64,000 bases of DNA from Eubacteriales bacterium (GCA_045658525.1 JAZOVD010000030.1:25714-89713), one strand, 5' to 3'; shown: positions 34,841 to 44,960, counted from the first letter of the stretch. Numbers and translations are program-made. The notes: a model not told the origin generated them from the sequence alone.

Positions 34841-35980
34841 ATGAAACTGATTCATAAAATCTTAATTCCAATAGCCGCGCTTGTTATAGTTTTTTGCAAT
34901 CTTTTTCTGTTATTTGGATATCAATATGATATTTGTTTTGAAACAACAAGCTCGTATTTTGAAAAAAAAGCAAATCAAACATTGGCTGCGGAACATAAGC
35001 TATATCCTAAATACGATGTTTTTTATTCCTCTACGGACTATGATGTTTTTGAAAAAACGTTAGAGCTTGATGGCATAACGTACACCTGTAAGTCAACACA
35101 TTCGGCATTTTATGAGGATTATAGATACCATACAGAATACTATTCGTTCAAGTCGGAATATGGAGAATTTGTAAGCTTCGAGGCTTACGGAGACCAAATA
35201 TATTCTCTTACCTTTCAGCAAAAAAAATCTGATACCGACACCGGAAAACCTTCTCGGGAGCTTGTATATGAGTACGTTGAGAGATATTGCGGAAGCGTTT
35301 TAATGGATTATAGCGGGGATTTATATGAGGATTATAAATATATTAGTTATACTCCGTATGACCTCGCACATAATAATCGAGATTATGTATATTATGATTT
35401 TCTTGATTTAGGAAATTGTCATCTCCTTGTAAAATATGCTGACGGAAAGCCTACGAACGATATAATAAAGGTCACTTTGACAAACACGGGCGATTTGCGC
35501 GAAATACGAATGTTAGGATTCCCAATTTTCCCAGATACGGAAGTGAAAATTCCCGAAAACATCTTGAAAAACGCCGTTTGCAGATATTTTGACAATCATT
35601 CAAAGAAATATATAGAACTTGCCCACTCCGATGATGTTATAGACGAATTTGAATTGGGCGATTTTGAGAGCATACGTATATTTAAAACTCCGCTTGGAGA
35701 ATACGGAGCAAGAGGTTGGATAAAAGTTACCTACAACAAATATAACGGGTACGTTTATGACAAAGAAACGGATAGCTTTGTTCTCGGAGAGCCGACCACG
35801 GTAACCGACAATATTTTTATATCAACCATGCTTACCTCACCTGACGTTATTGTAAAGACAGTTATAGCGATAGCGTTTGAAACATTGTGTCTCGGATATA
35901 TAGTGACCGTTATAGTTATGTATATTATCAGACGCAAAAAATCCACCATTCCCACCGAACAGGAAGAACAAACCGAATAA
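34841..35980 (+). CDS. Tyr/Asp-rich membrane protein with TM helices at both ends, unknown family
   Basis: ATG 34841 begins 1 nt after the upstream TAA (34837-34839), which suggests translational coupling. N-terminal TM ILIPIAALVIVFCNLFLLFGY, C-terminal TM VIAIAFETLCLGYIVTVIVMYII followed by RRKK. The 34760 start overlaps the upstream gene and is rejected. Confidence 0.75.
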   Translation: MKLIHKILIPIAALVIVFCNLFLLFGYQYDICFETTSSYFEKKANQTLAAEHKLYPKYDVFYSSTDYDVFEKTLELDGITYTCKSTHSAFYEDYRYHTEYYSFKSEYGEFVSFEAYGDQIYSLTFQQKKSDTDTGKPSRELVYEYVERYCGSVLMDYSGDLYEDYKYISYTPYDLAHNNRDYVYYDFLDLGNCHLLVKYADGKPTNDIIKVTLTNTGDLREIRMLGFPIFPDTEVKIPENILKNAVCRYFDNHSKKYIELAHSDDVIDEFELGDFESIRIFKTPLGEYGARGWIKVTYNKYNGYVYDKETDSFVLGEPTTVTDNIFISTMLTSPDVIVKTVIAIAFETLCLGYIVTVIVMYIIRRKKSTIPTEQEEQTE

Positions 35981-36020
35981 ACCCAAAGCCGTCGCGAAAG
36001 CGCCGGCTTTGGGTTTTATC
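35981..36020. terminator. bidirectional terminator between convergent genes
   Basis: ACCCAAAGCCG-N12-CGGCTTTGGGT followed by TTTTATC. Confidence 0.7.
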
Positions 36021-36990
36021 ATTTATCTTGCATTATTTCAGGAAAATCAATAAGGAACTGCGTATAAAGTGCCTTTGCGCCAAGCTCTGTGGGGTGAACG
36101 TTGTCAGAAGCTAACATTCCGTCATACCACGGGCTTCTTAAAGCATCTCCGCCAACTGCGTGAGAAAAGTCAACGTAACGGCAACCCACTGCCTTTACCC
36201 AATCGTTTTTAAATCCGTTTATCCTTTCGGGAACGTTAGGTATAGTGGAAAGCACGGGGATTATATCCTTTTCGCCGCAGATACGCAAAAATTCCGCAGT
36301 CGCTTCAAGATATGTTGAATTTATCGCATCAGTAGTATCGGCGTTGTTCATGCCCATACACCATACGGCGTATTTCGGAACTGCGTGAGAAAGCGCAAGC
36401 TTGAAATCGCGTATCGCAGTTTGAGCACCCATTCCGGGAAAACCGCTCATGAGGTGATTGGTATAACCGTTTTTTATGAGATATGATGTCCAACGGGCAG
36501 GCGAAACGGGGTTGAAATACGAGTCTCCGAAAAGCCATATCGCTTTGCCGTAATCGTCGCAGAACCAACGCATCTTTACGTTTTTCAGTTCGGACGTTTT
36601 ACTGTAAGCAAATATTTTTCCGTTTCTTCCAGACCAAGGAAAAGCCGCGCTTTCGTACATTCCCGTTGAAGTTCCGATAGTTATGCGAGCATCTCCGAAG
36701 CCTGTATCGAGGTTTACGTTTATGAAATCCTTTAAATCAAGTCCGTGCTCGAATTCCGCACGCTTGAAATCATCGGTCGTATGCTCGTAAACACAAACGC
36801 GAGTGGCACTTATCTCTAAGTAAGAAGCGGAATATTCCGCTTCTCCGTGACCGAGAACTATAACGTCTGAGCCGTTTATATCACAGGCGAACGTAAGATG
36901 CTTGTTATTGATTACGGTGTTTTCTTCAAGCGTTATACGCTCTCCCGCCGCAAGGCTCTCGGAGCTCACTGCTATGCTCTTGGGTAACAT
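36019..36990 (-). CDS. SGNH/GDSL-family hydrolase (esterase) with N-terminal beta-rich domain
   Basis: IWLFGDSYF (block I GDS) and SDNVHPTELG (block V DxxH). It lies in the fucose block. Confidence 0.7.
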   Translation of the reverse strand: MLPKSIAVSSESLAAGERITLEENTVINNKHLTFACDINGSDVIVLGHGEAEYSASYLEISATRVCVYEHTTDDFKRAEFEHGLDLKDFINVNLDTGFGDARITIGTSTGMYESAAFPWSGRNGKIFAYSKTSELKNVKMRWFCDDYGKAIWLFGDSYFNPVSPARWTSYLIKNGYTNHLMSGFPGMGAQTAIRDFKLALSHAVPKYAVWCMGMNNADTTDAINSTYLEATAEFLRICGEKDIIPVLSTIPNVPERINGFKNDWVKAVGCRYVDFSHAVGGDALRSPWYDGMLASDNVHPTELGAKALYTQFLIDFPEIMQDK

Positions 36991-37005
36991 ATCCGTGTTC
37001 CTTCC

Positions 37006-38316
37006 TTATTTAAGAAATAGCTCGATAACGGGAACGATAACGTTCGGCTTGACCTCTGGCAGAGTTATTACCAAAAGGTCATCTCCCGTGCTCTGTGCCT
37101 CGCTGAAATGTCCTGGGCCGCCCTCTCTCATCAGAAGCTCGCTTCCGTCGTGCAGGAACTGAGCGTAATCTACCTTGCCCGCAAAGCCTTTCAGTTCAAG
37201 GAACGCGTAAGGATATTCGCACAGATGGACGTACAAACGCTTTCCGTCAACGCTCTGCGTAAGACGGCAGCCGCGGGGAGCAACGAACTCAGGCTCAGCC
37301 ATAGTGCAGTTGTAGATAGAACGGCTGTTGTACTTCATCCACTCGGCGTAAACGTCAAGAGCTTTATTTGCGCGATCGTCGAAATAACCGCGAGAGGTCG
37401 GACCTACGTTCATCAGCAGGTTTCCGCCGATACAGACCGTGTTTACCAGCATCTGAATAAGCATTTCGGGAGATTTCCAGGTGCTTTCATCGCGGTGGTA
37501 GCCCCAAGAACCGGAGAACGTCTGACAGGCTTCCCAAACGGTAAGCTCTCCCGTTTCGGGATGCTTTACCCACTCCTGCGGTTGATACTGCTCGGGAGTG
37601 CGGATGTCCTGATCTATCTCGGTACGGTTGTCTATTATGATTTCGGGTTGAAGCGAACGGGCAGTCTTTATAAGCTCTTCAGCTTCCCAGTCGTCCTTGC
37701 CCTTTCCCTTCATCCAATCGGGGAACGCAGGGTCTTTTTTGTAGGAAAAGTCGAACCACAGAATATCTATCTTGCCGTAGTTTGTGAGCAGCTCTGTGAC
37801 CTGATCGCGCATATACTTTGCGTATTTGCGCATATCTCTGTCCTTGCTCTGCTCGTAAGCGTCGGGATCGCCTCTGCGCGGATGTATCTGGTCTATCGGG
37901 AAATCGGGATGATGCCAGTCGATGAGCGAATAGTAGAAACCGACTTTCAGTCCCTCGGCACGGAATGCATCTACGTATTCTTTTACAAGGTCGCGGCCCG
38001 CAGGGGTGTTCGTGCATTTGTAATCGGTGTACTTGGTGTCGAACATACAGAAGCCCTCGTGGTGCTTCGTGGTAAAGACGGCGTATTTCATTCCTGCGGC
38101 TTTCGCCTTTCTCGCCCATTCCTTAGCGTCGAACATATCGGGATCGAAGTACTTAAAATACTTATCGTACTTTTCTTCCGTTATCTTTTCTCTCGATTTG
38201 ATCCACTCGTGACGTGCGGGCATTGAATAAAGTCCCCAGTGAATGAACATTCCGAAACGGTCGGCTACGAACCATTCTGTGTTTCCGGAAGTCCTTCTTG
38301 TTACGTAAGATGACAT
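37006..38316 (-). CDS. alpha-L-fucosidase (GH29)
   Basis: RFGMFIHWGLYS and TTKHHEGF motifs. No signal peptide. Confidence 0.9.
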   Translation of the reverse strand: MSSYVTRRTSGNTEWFVADRFGMFIHWGLYSMPARHEWIKSREKITEEKYDKYFKYFDPDMFDAKEWARKAKAAGMKYAVFTTKHHEGFCMFDTKYTDYKCTNTPAGRDLVKEYVDAFRAEGLKVGFYYSLIDWHHPDFPIDQIHPRRGDPDAYEQSKDRDMRKYAKYMRDQVTELLTNYGKIDILWFDFSYKKDPAFPDWMKGKGKDDWEAEELIKTARSLQPEIIIDNRTEIDQDIRTPEQYQPQEWVKHPETGELTVWEACQTFSGSWGYHRDESTWKSPEMLIQMLVNTVCIGGNLLMNVGPTSRGYFDDRANKALDVYAEWMKYNSRSIYNCTMAEPEFVAPRGCRLTQSVDGKRLYVHLCEYPYAFLELKGFAGKVDYAQFLHDGSELLMREGGPGHFSEAQSTGDDLLVITLPEVKPNVIVPVIELFLK

Positions 38317-38341
38317 TCCTCCTGCCTCCTATTGTAATTGA

Positions 38342-40138
38342 TTATTTCTTGTACATAGGGCCGTAGGCGGCGCAGGCACGGTAGTCCTGACCCTCCTTAT
38401 CCATTCCGAACGCGTTAAAGGACGCGGGACGGAAGATGTCCTTTTCGTCAACGTTGTGCATTGCTACGGGGATACGGAGAATGGAGCAGAGCGTTATAAG
38501 GTCAGCACCTATGTGTCCGTAGCTTATAGCGCCGTGGTTAGCGCCCCAGTTGTTCATTACGTCGTATGCGGAAGCAAACGCACCCTTGCCCGTAAGTCTC
38601 GGAGCAAACCAAGTGCAGGGCCAGGTGTAGTCTGTGCGCTTCCAGAGCTTATCGCTTACCTCATAGGGAAGCTTTACCGTCCAACCCTCGGCTATTTGCA
38701 GCATCGGGCCAAGACCGTCAACAAGGTTAAGTCTTATCATAGTGCAGGGCATCTCGGCTTCCGTAAGGAAACGTGAGGAATAACCGCCGCCTCTGAAATA
38801 ACCGAGGTCCGCATAGTTCCAGGTGGTGGAATCAAGGATCTTTTCGCAGTCGGCATCGGTCATCTCGAACCACTTTTTCATAACCGCGTTTCCGTTTTCG
38901 TCCGTGACAGCACCGCAAGCGTCAAGACAAGCCGCGCCGGAGTTGATAAGGTGGATAAATCCGCCCGCGTCCTTTGCCTTGCCCTCTATCTGATAGCCCG
39001 TGCAACGCTTTACCGCGTCCTCGGACCAATAAGTACGAACGTCAGCGAATATCTGCGCTCTGTTGGTAAGAAGCTTCATAAAGAGCATACCGAGACCGTT
39101 AAGTACGTCGTTTTCGGTAGCGAGAATGTAAGGCTCTCTTGCGCCGTTCCAGTCGAACGAGGTGTTGAGCATAGCCTCGGGGAAGTCGCAGTTGGGGTAG
39201 AAGTCGGTCCACTGACGCTGACCCTGGAAGCCTGCGGCGATGGCGTTATGACCGACCATCTCCTCCTCGCAGCCCTTGGGAAGATTCTTATTTCCGTTCA
39301 TAAGGTCTTTTATAATGACCATCATCTTGACAACGAACTCCCAGTCGCTGTCCTTCTGCTCTCTGGAACGCTGAAGCTCCTCGGGGTTCTTATCAAAGCC
39401 TTCCTTGCATTTTGCTTTTGTCCACGCAAGAGCCTTTTCGTATTCCGCCTTGTCATAGACCCCCTCGGTCATACGGCGAATGACCTCGACCTCATCGACC
39501 GACTCGACTCTCATTCCGAGGTATTCCTCGATGAACTTAGTGTCTATTATAGAACCGCCGATACCCATACATACCGATCCGATCTGGAGATAAGACTTAC
39601 CTCTCATCGTTGCGGCGGCGACAGCTGCGCGTCCGAAGCGGAGAAGCTTTTCCTTTACGTCCGCGGGTATCTCGGTGTCATCGCAGTCCTGAACGTCGTG
39701 ACCGTAGATACCGAACGCGGGAAGACCCTTCTGAGCGTGGGTAGCAAGAACCGAAGCGAGATAGACAGCACCGGGACGCTCGGTTCCGTTGAAGCCCCAT
39801 ACAGCCTTTATGGTGTTTCTGTCCATATCCATAGTTTCCGCGCCGTAGCACCAGCAGGGGGTTACGGTGAGGGTTATCGCAACGCCCTCGCGGCGGAACT
39901 TCTCCTCGCAGGCGGCGCTTTCACCGACGCGTCCGATAGTCGTATCGGCTATTATTACCTTGACCGGCTCTCCGTTTGAATAGCAAAGATTTTCCGTGAA
40001 AAGCTTTGCGGCTGCCTTTGCCATATTCATAGTCTGATCTTCAAGTGATTCTCTTACTTTGAGGACACCTCTGCGTCCGTCGATTGTCGGGCGTATTCCG
40101 ATAACGGGATATTCGCCTACGTATCTGTTTTCTGCCAT
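38342..40138 (-). CDS. fucI: L-fucose isomerase
   Basis: 598 aa. The N-terminus [11 protein letters not shown] and overall similarity to FucI were recognised by eye. Confidence 0.9.
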   Translation of the reverse strand: MAENRYVGEYPVIGIRPTIDGRRGVLKVRESLEDQTMNMAKAAAKLFTENLCYSNGEPVKVIIADTTIGRVGESAACEEKFRREGVAITLTVTPCWCYGAETMDMDRNTIKAVWGFNGTERPGAVYLASVLATHAQKGLPAFGIYGHDVQDCDDTEIPADVKEKLLRFGRAAVAAATMRGKSYLQIGSVCMGIGGSIIDTKFIEEYLGMRVESVDEVEVIRRMTEGVYDKAEYEKALAWTKAKCKEGFDKNPEELQRSREQKDSDWEFVVKMMVIIKDLMNGNKNLPKGCEEEMVGHNAIAAGFQGQRQWTDFYPNCDFPEAMLNTSFDWNGAREPYILATENDVLNGLGMLFMKLLTNRAQIFADVRTYWSEDAVKRCTGYQIEGKAKDAGGFIHLINSGAACLDACGAVTDENGNAVMKKWFEMTDADCEKILDSTTWNYADLGYFRGGGYSSRFLTEAEMPCTMIRLNLVDGLGPMLQIAEGWTVKLPYEVSDKLWKRTDYTWPCTWFAPRLTGKGAFASAYDVMNNWGANHGAISYGHIGADLITLCSILRIPVAMHNVDEKDIFRPASFNAFGMDKEGQDYRACAAYGPMYKK

Positions 40139-40217
40139 TTGTTTTTCCTGCCTTTCTTTTTGTTGGATTTGTACAAAAGTGTTGATCGTAAATTTACATC
40201 GGAAAATATAAATTTAC

Positions 40218-40246
40218 TTGAAAAATATGAAATGTTGTGTTATAAT
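40218..40246 (+). promoter_or_regulatory. sigma-A type promoter, probably for the AraC-family gene
   Basis: TTGAAA, 17 nt, TATAAT. The inverted repeat GAGCAGG-N11-CCTGCTC (40249-40273) overlaps the expected transcription start and could be an operator. Confidence 0.45.
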
Positions 40247-40435
40247 TGGAGCAGGAGGCAGATACCCCTGCTCTTTAACTTAATTATAACTAATGCTTTA
40301 AATATTTTCTTGAATTATAAGCGATTTTTTTATAACGATATTCACCTTTTAAAACTTTGTATGAAATATGAAAAAAATCATATACGTTTGTGATATATGC
40401 ACAAAAAACAGTTAAGATCCAAACGGTGAAGGGCT

Positions 40436-41296
40436 ATGAGAACACTTAAAAACTTTGAAAAAAAACAGAGGGGAACTCCCGAGTTTCCCTGTACGGTATA
40501 TCGTGTGACAAAGGGCGACCCCGATTATTGTATGCCGTTTCACTGGCACGCGGAATATGAGATAGTTCTTATGCGTAAGGGGAAAATGGAGCTTTCGGTC
40601 AACGACGTTACATATACGCTTTCCGAGGGAGACGTTCTGTTTATCTCGGACGGCTGTCTGCACGGTGGCACTCCAAGTGACGGAAAATGTATTTACGACT
40701 GCGTGGTATTTGGCGGAGAGGTGCTTTCAAAGGTATCGTCAGTACCTGAGATAAAAAGCATATTATGCCATGGACGCGCGGTGAGGACTTTTATGTCGGC
40801 GTCTGAATTTCCGAAAATATCGGATGCGGCGTCAAGGCTTGCCGACTCGCTCCTTTCTGAAAACGTTACCGCAAGAGAGCTTATATGCCTCGGAACGCTT
40901 TTGGAGTTTTTCGGAGAGGTTGTAAACGCGGGCTGCTGTACGGACGTTTACAGCGAAACGAACAGACACATACAACGCCTCAAAAACGTTCTGACTTATA
41001 TGGAGGAGCATTATTCCGATAAGGTGACGTTAAACGCGCTCGCGATATCCGCGGGGCTTACTCCGAAATATCTTTGCCGTTCGTTTTTTTCGCTTACGGG
41101 AAAGACCCCTATGTCATATCTGAACGAATACAGAATAGAGTGTGCTTGCGAGATGCTGCGCGGAACGGATAAAACTATGCTTGATATAGCGGTATCGTGC
41201 GGTTTTTCGGATCAAAGCTATTTTGTCAAATGGTTTCGCAGGTTGAAGGGCTCTACACCAAGAGAATACCGTCTTGGCGCAAACATAAAAAAGTAG
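40436..41296 (+). CDS. AraC-family transcriptional regulator (cupin + HTH)
   Basis: N-terminal cupin HWHAEYEIVLM. The C-terminal double HTH includes FSDQSYFVKWFRRLKGSTPREYR. Confidence 0.85.
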   Translation: MRTLKNFEKKQRGTPEFPCTVYRVTKGDPDYCMPFHWHAEYEIVLMRKGKMELSVNDVTYTLSEGDVLFISDGCLHGGTPSDGKCIYDCVVFGGEVLSKVSSVPEIKSILCHGRAVRTFMSASEFPKISDAASRLADSLLSENVTARELICLGTLLEFFGEVVNAGCCTDVYSETNRHIQRLKNVLTYMEEHYSDKVTLNALAISAGLTPKYLCRSFFSLTGKTPMSYLNEYRIECACEMLRGTDKTMLDIAVSCGFSDQSYFVKWFRRLKGSTPREYRLGANIKK

Positions 41297-41321
41297 AAAA
41301 ACATAAAAGGAGTTATTGCTT

Positions 41322-42857
41322 ATGAAAAGAAGGATAGCGTTTATACTCGCGTTAGCCCTGCTCGTTATTTTCACAGTGACAGCGTGCGCAAAGAAAGAGG
41401 ACGACGATGACGGCGATAATGAATGGGAGCTTTCCACTGAGGGAGGACGAAAGTCCGAGCCGGACGATCTGCCGGACGATATAAACCTGAAAGGCTATAA
41501 GTTTACCGTTTTTTACAGACAGGGAGACAGTGTCAAGCTCTATGAGTGCGACGGAGACGACGTTGAGTCGGAGGGCGTAAACGCGATATACGAGTCTGTA
41601 TATCTGCGTAACGAGAGAGTAAAAGCGAGACTTAAATGTGATATAAAATGGATACCGTCAACCTCCGGAGAACTTTCCGAAACCAAGATGGAGATAGGTC
41701 AGATACTCAGACGAATGGAGTATTATGACGTTATACTTTCCACAAACAACACGCAGATAGCTCTCGGAGAAAACAGTATGCTGTGTGAGCTTTCTTCCAC
41801 ACCGTATCTTGATTTTTCAAAGCCGTGGTGGTGGGAGGATGTGATGCGGGAGCTTTCCTTTAACGGAGATGATATACATTTTCTCGTGGGAGATATGAAC
41901 CTCATAAATATCACGAAAATGAGCGCGTTCTACTTTAATTTCAAGCTCGTAGAGCAGTATCTTCGTATGACGCCCGAGGATATGTATGATCTGGTCGATG
42001 AAAAGAAATGGACGATAGAAAAGCTGAGAACGTTATCAAACGACCTTTGGATAGATACGGGAGCAAATCCCAACGAAAGAGGTAAAAAGGATCAGGGCGA
42101 TATATTCGCGTTTCCGTACGTTTCGGGCGAAACGGTAAATCAGTTCGTTTACTCTACCCGTATAGCGGATCAGCTTTACACAAGACGCGAAAACGGACTC
42201 GTCAATTTCGATTGGCGAGGAAATCAGGATATGGAGGACGTTGTCACTGAGCTGAGAAAGCTCATACATAATACCGGCGGTGCTTGGAACCGTACTCCGA
42301 AATCGGGTCAGGCAAGTCCGTATGACTCCGGAATAATAAAGGAGTTTTCCGAAGGAAACTACGTATTCCTGCCTCAGCGACTTACCGCGGCGACCACTGC
42401 GTATATGATGGCTATGGAGGACGATTACGGAATAATCCCCTACCCTACTCTTACCGCGGGTGACGATTATTACTCATATATTCAGGACTCCTCTACGAGT
42501 ATGTGTGTTCCGCTCGTTGTACGTGTAACGTCGGAGGATAATCTTGACAGGGTATCTATGATGTTGGAGGCTATCTGTGCCGAATCATACCGTTACGTTA
42601 CGGAGACGTTCTACGAGGCGGCTCTTAAAGGCAGATACGCCCGTGACGATAACGCCGCGAGAATGATAGATCTTATCTACAATACCGCGCATAAGAGCTT
42701 TATATGCGAGTACAGCAGCGTTGCGAATAGTATAGCGGGTAAATTCTATACAGCGATATGGGCGGACAAAGCGCTTGCGGGTTATCTTGATAAGGAGATG
42801 GACGGAGCTAAAAACACACTTAACGATTGGATAGCTGATCTTATAAAAAAACAATAA
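41322..42857 (+). CDS. extracellular solute-binding lipoprotein (ABC-type, sugar-binding guess), no permease genes adjacent
   Basis: Lipobox VTA-C followed by an acidic linker. The size and composition fit large family-1 binding proteins. ATG 41322 lies 9 nt after AAAGGAG. Confidence 0.6.
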   Translation: MKRRIAFILALALLVIFTVTACAKKEDDDDGDNEWELSTEGGRKSEPDDLPDDINLKGYKFTVFYRQGDSVKLYECDGDDVESEGVNAIYESVYLRNERVKARLKCDIKWIPSTSGELSETKMEIGQILRRMEYYDVILSTNNTQIALGENSMLCELSSTPYLDFSKPWWWEDVMRELSFNGDDIHFLVGDMNLINITKMSAFYFNFKLVEQYLRMTPEDMYDLVDEKKWTIEKLRTLSNDLWIDTGANPNERGKKDQGDIFAFPYVSGETVNQFVYSTRIADQLYTRRENGLVNFDWRGNQDMEDVVTELRKLIHNTGGAWNRTPKSGQASPYDSGIIKEFSEGNYVFLPQRLTAATTAYMMAMEDDYGIIPYPTLTAGDDYYSYIQDSSTSMCVPLVVRVTSEDNLDRVSMMLEAICAESYRYVTETFYEAALKGRYARDDNAARMIDLIYNTAHKSFICEYSSVANSIAGKFYTAIWADKALAGYLDKEMDGAKNTLNDWIADLIKKQ

Positions 42858-42859
42858 CA

Positions 42860-42896
42860 AAAAATATGCTGTTGCGTTGCAACAGCATATTTTTTA
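42860..42896. terminator. bidirectional terminator
   Basis: ATATGCTGTTGC-GTT-GCAACAGCATAT flanked by an A-run and a T-run. Confidence 0.8.
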
Positions 42897-43502
42897 TTCA
42901 TAATATCTTATACTTGCCGTCACAGTTCCGAGGATATATACCTCGTCCGTGATTATAGGCTCTAATTTACTGTTTTCGGGTTGGAGACGGTAGTGCCCGT
43001 TTTCCTTATAGAAACGCTTTACCGTCGCCTCGTCGCCTATTCCAGCGACTACGATCGTGCCGTTTTCGGCGTAGTCCGTCTTTTTTACTATCAGTATATC
43101 GCCGTTCAGTATTCCGGCGTTTATCATACTTTCGCCCTTTACCCTTAAAGCGAAATACTTGTTGTATCTGTAATCCTTATCGGGTATCGGAAATTCGATA
43201 AAGCCCTCGGTGTTTTCGTCAGCAAATATCGGGAGTCCCGCCGCGACTCGTCCTACTATCGGGATCCTTCTGTTCTCCCCGAAGCCTTCGCGTTGATCTA
43301 CTCTCAAAGCTCTGCTCTTTCCGTGATCCTTGTGTATAAGCCCCCTTTTTTCGAGACGGGCAAGCGACGCGTGGACGGTAGAGGTGCTCTTTATATCAAA
43401 AGCGGACTGTATATCGCGCACGCTCGGCGCGTAACCGTTTTTCTCAAAGCAGTCCGAAATATATGCAAGTATATTGTTGTCCTTTTCAGATGTTTTCGAC
43501 AT
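42894..43502 (-). CDS. lexA: LexA repressor
   Basis: N-terminal wHTH GYAPSVRDIQ...STSTVHASLARLEKRGLI. Cleavage site VAAGLP. S24 peptidase GESM...K. Confidence 0.9.
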   Translation of the reverse strand: MSKTSEKDNNILAYISDCFEKNGYAPSVRDIQSAFDIKSTSTVHASLARLEKRGLIHKDHGKSRALRVDQREGFGENRRIPIVGRVAAGLPIFADENTEGFIEFPIPDKDYRYNKYFALRVKGESMINAGILNGDILIVKKTDYAENGTIVVAGIGDEATVKRFYKENGHYRLQPENSKLEPIITDEVYILGTVTASIRYYE

Positions 43503-43555
43503 ATTCCAAGTTTTTCCCTCCTTTTTCAACTTATATTTACATTATACCAATAAAA

Positions 43556-43569
43556 CGAACAAAGGTTCT
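43556..43569 (-). promoter_or_regulatory. SOS (Cheo) box upstream of lexA
   Basis: CGAACAAAGGTTCT versus the Firmicutes consensus CGAAC-N4-GTTCG. It lies about 54 nt upstream of the lexA ATG and overlaps the region before TGGTATAAT. Confidence 0.65.
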
Positions 43570-43632
43570 TAATTTTCTGTGAACAATCAAGTACGCTTTT
43601 TTAAAATATATTATTCTTTTACCTGTTTTATG

Positions 43633-43666
43633 AAAAAACGGACAGAACCGAATGTTCTGTCCGTTT
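43633..43666 (-). terminator. terminator after the glycosyltransferase gene
   Basis: AACGGACAGAAC-N5-GTTCTGTCCGTT. On the minus strand it is followed by TTTTTT. Confidence 0.7.
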
Positions 43667-43673
43667 AAATTTA

Positions 43674-44960
43674 TTAAGCGTTTAATTCTTCTTTTTCTTC
43701 GCCGCTATCTACAAGTGCTTCTATTTTTATCGCGCGGTCGTGTTTTATACGTTTCCATTTGACCTTGATAAAAAGAGAGACTATCGCTATCGGTAGCCCC
43801 GTCATATCAAACCACGGGAACGCGAATATATAAAGTATAAGCTTGCCCGTCGAGCATCGTATATGCCGTCTTTCGCGTATGACGGTTATCGCTCCGAGTA
43901 GCAGAAGTCCGACGTACATTGAGCATAAAGATCTAAGCATGGTCAACGGTAACGAGAAAAGAGAGGAAACGTCAAATATTCCCGCGAATATCTGTGCAAG
44001 AGGATATATCATTGAAAGAACCGCCACGAACAGTCCTTTCGGAAAGAAATATACGAACATATCGTATGTCGAGATAATGTTCAGTCTGTTTTTGAATGCA
44101 CCGGTTATAAGCCTGCCTATGTATCTGAAAAAGCATAAAAGACGTCCCTTTTCCCAACGTAGCCGCTGTCTGAGCATTACCTTTATGTTGTGGGGCTGCT
44201 CGTCAAAGAACTCGGCGGCTTCGCAGAACGTGGCTTTTTTGCCCTTGGCGAAGCTGGTTATCGTAAATTCAGTATCCTCGGTAAGTGAAAAGTGATTCCA
44301 GCCGTCCTTTAATATCTCTGAGCGAATGGCATATCCCGTTCCCGCTATGTGAGAGGAAAAGCCGAGCTTGGTTCTGGGGCGGTGCATAAACGCGCTGCTT
44401 CTTAAAAAATGTATGCCATACGCGGCGGATATAACGTTCTCGTCGAAATTTTTAGTATTTCGATAACCGATGGCAATATCGCAACCGGTGTCGAGAGCCT
44501 TGTTTATTTCGGTAAGATAATTCGGGGAAAGAACGTTGTCCGCGTCAAACACGACGTAAGCGTCGAGAGCTTCTATGCCGTGATCCTTTTTTATGTTATC
44601 AAAAAGGAAGTTCATCGCGTAGCCCTTACGCATTTTGGTTTTATCAAAGCGTTCATATACGCTTGCGCCGTAGCTTCTGCATATCTCCGCGGTATCGTCT
44701 GAGCAGTTGTCCGCGACAGCGAATATCTTTATAAGCTCTTTTGGATAATTTTGCCTTTCGATGCTTTCAAGCAGATTTCCGATGACCGCGCTCTCGTCCC
44801 TTGCGCAAACGATTATGCCAAAGGAACGGAGCTTTTGCGCGCAAGGGAACTTTTTTTCCTTTCCGAAAAAGCCTATAAGTCCGTAAATTATCTTATATGT
44901 CATCATTACCGTTATTACGGTTATGATGATATTAGTTACAGTATTTATAGTCTCTATTAT
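43674..44960 (-). CDS. membrane family-2 glycosyltransferase (processive synthase type); start uncertain
   Basis: IIVCARDESAVIGNLLESIERQNYP, VADNCSDDT, VVFDADN and QRLRWEKG (QxxRW) motifs, plus C-terminal TM helices. The first in-frame ATG is at 44906. GGAGG (44974-44970) is followed 9 nt later by ATA ATA (44960). Confidence 0.7.
   Translation of the reverse strand: MIETINTVTNIIITVITVMMTYKIIYGLIGFFGKEKKFPCAQKLRSFGIIVCARDESAVIGNLLESIERQNYPKELIKIFAVADNCSDDTAEICRSYGASVYERFDKTKMRKGYAMNFLFDNIKKDHGIEALDAYVVFDADNVLSPNYLTEINKALDTGCDIAIGYRNTKNFDENVISAAYGIHFLRSSAFMHRPRTKLGFSSHIAGTGYAIRSEILKDGWNHFSLTEDTEFTITSFAKGKKATFCEAAEFFDEQPHNIKVMLRQRLRWEKGRLLCFFRYIGRLITGAFKNRLNIISTYDMFVYFFPKGLFVAVLSMIYPLAQIFAGIFDVSSLFSLPLTMLRSLCSMYVGLLLLGAITVIRERRHIRCSTGKLILYIFAFPWFDMTGLPIAIVSLFIKVKWKRIKHDRAIKIEALVDSGEEKEELNA

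Noticed and set aside
35980-36020. The plus-to-minus strand switch at 36 kb, considered as a replication terminus.
   Set aside because: A single convergent gene pair with a shared terminator is common. No dif-like site was recognised, and the orientation switches back at 50.4 kb.
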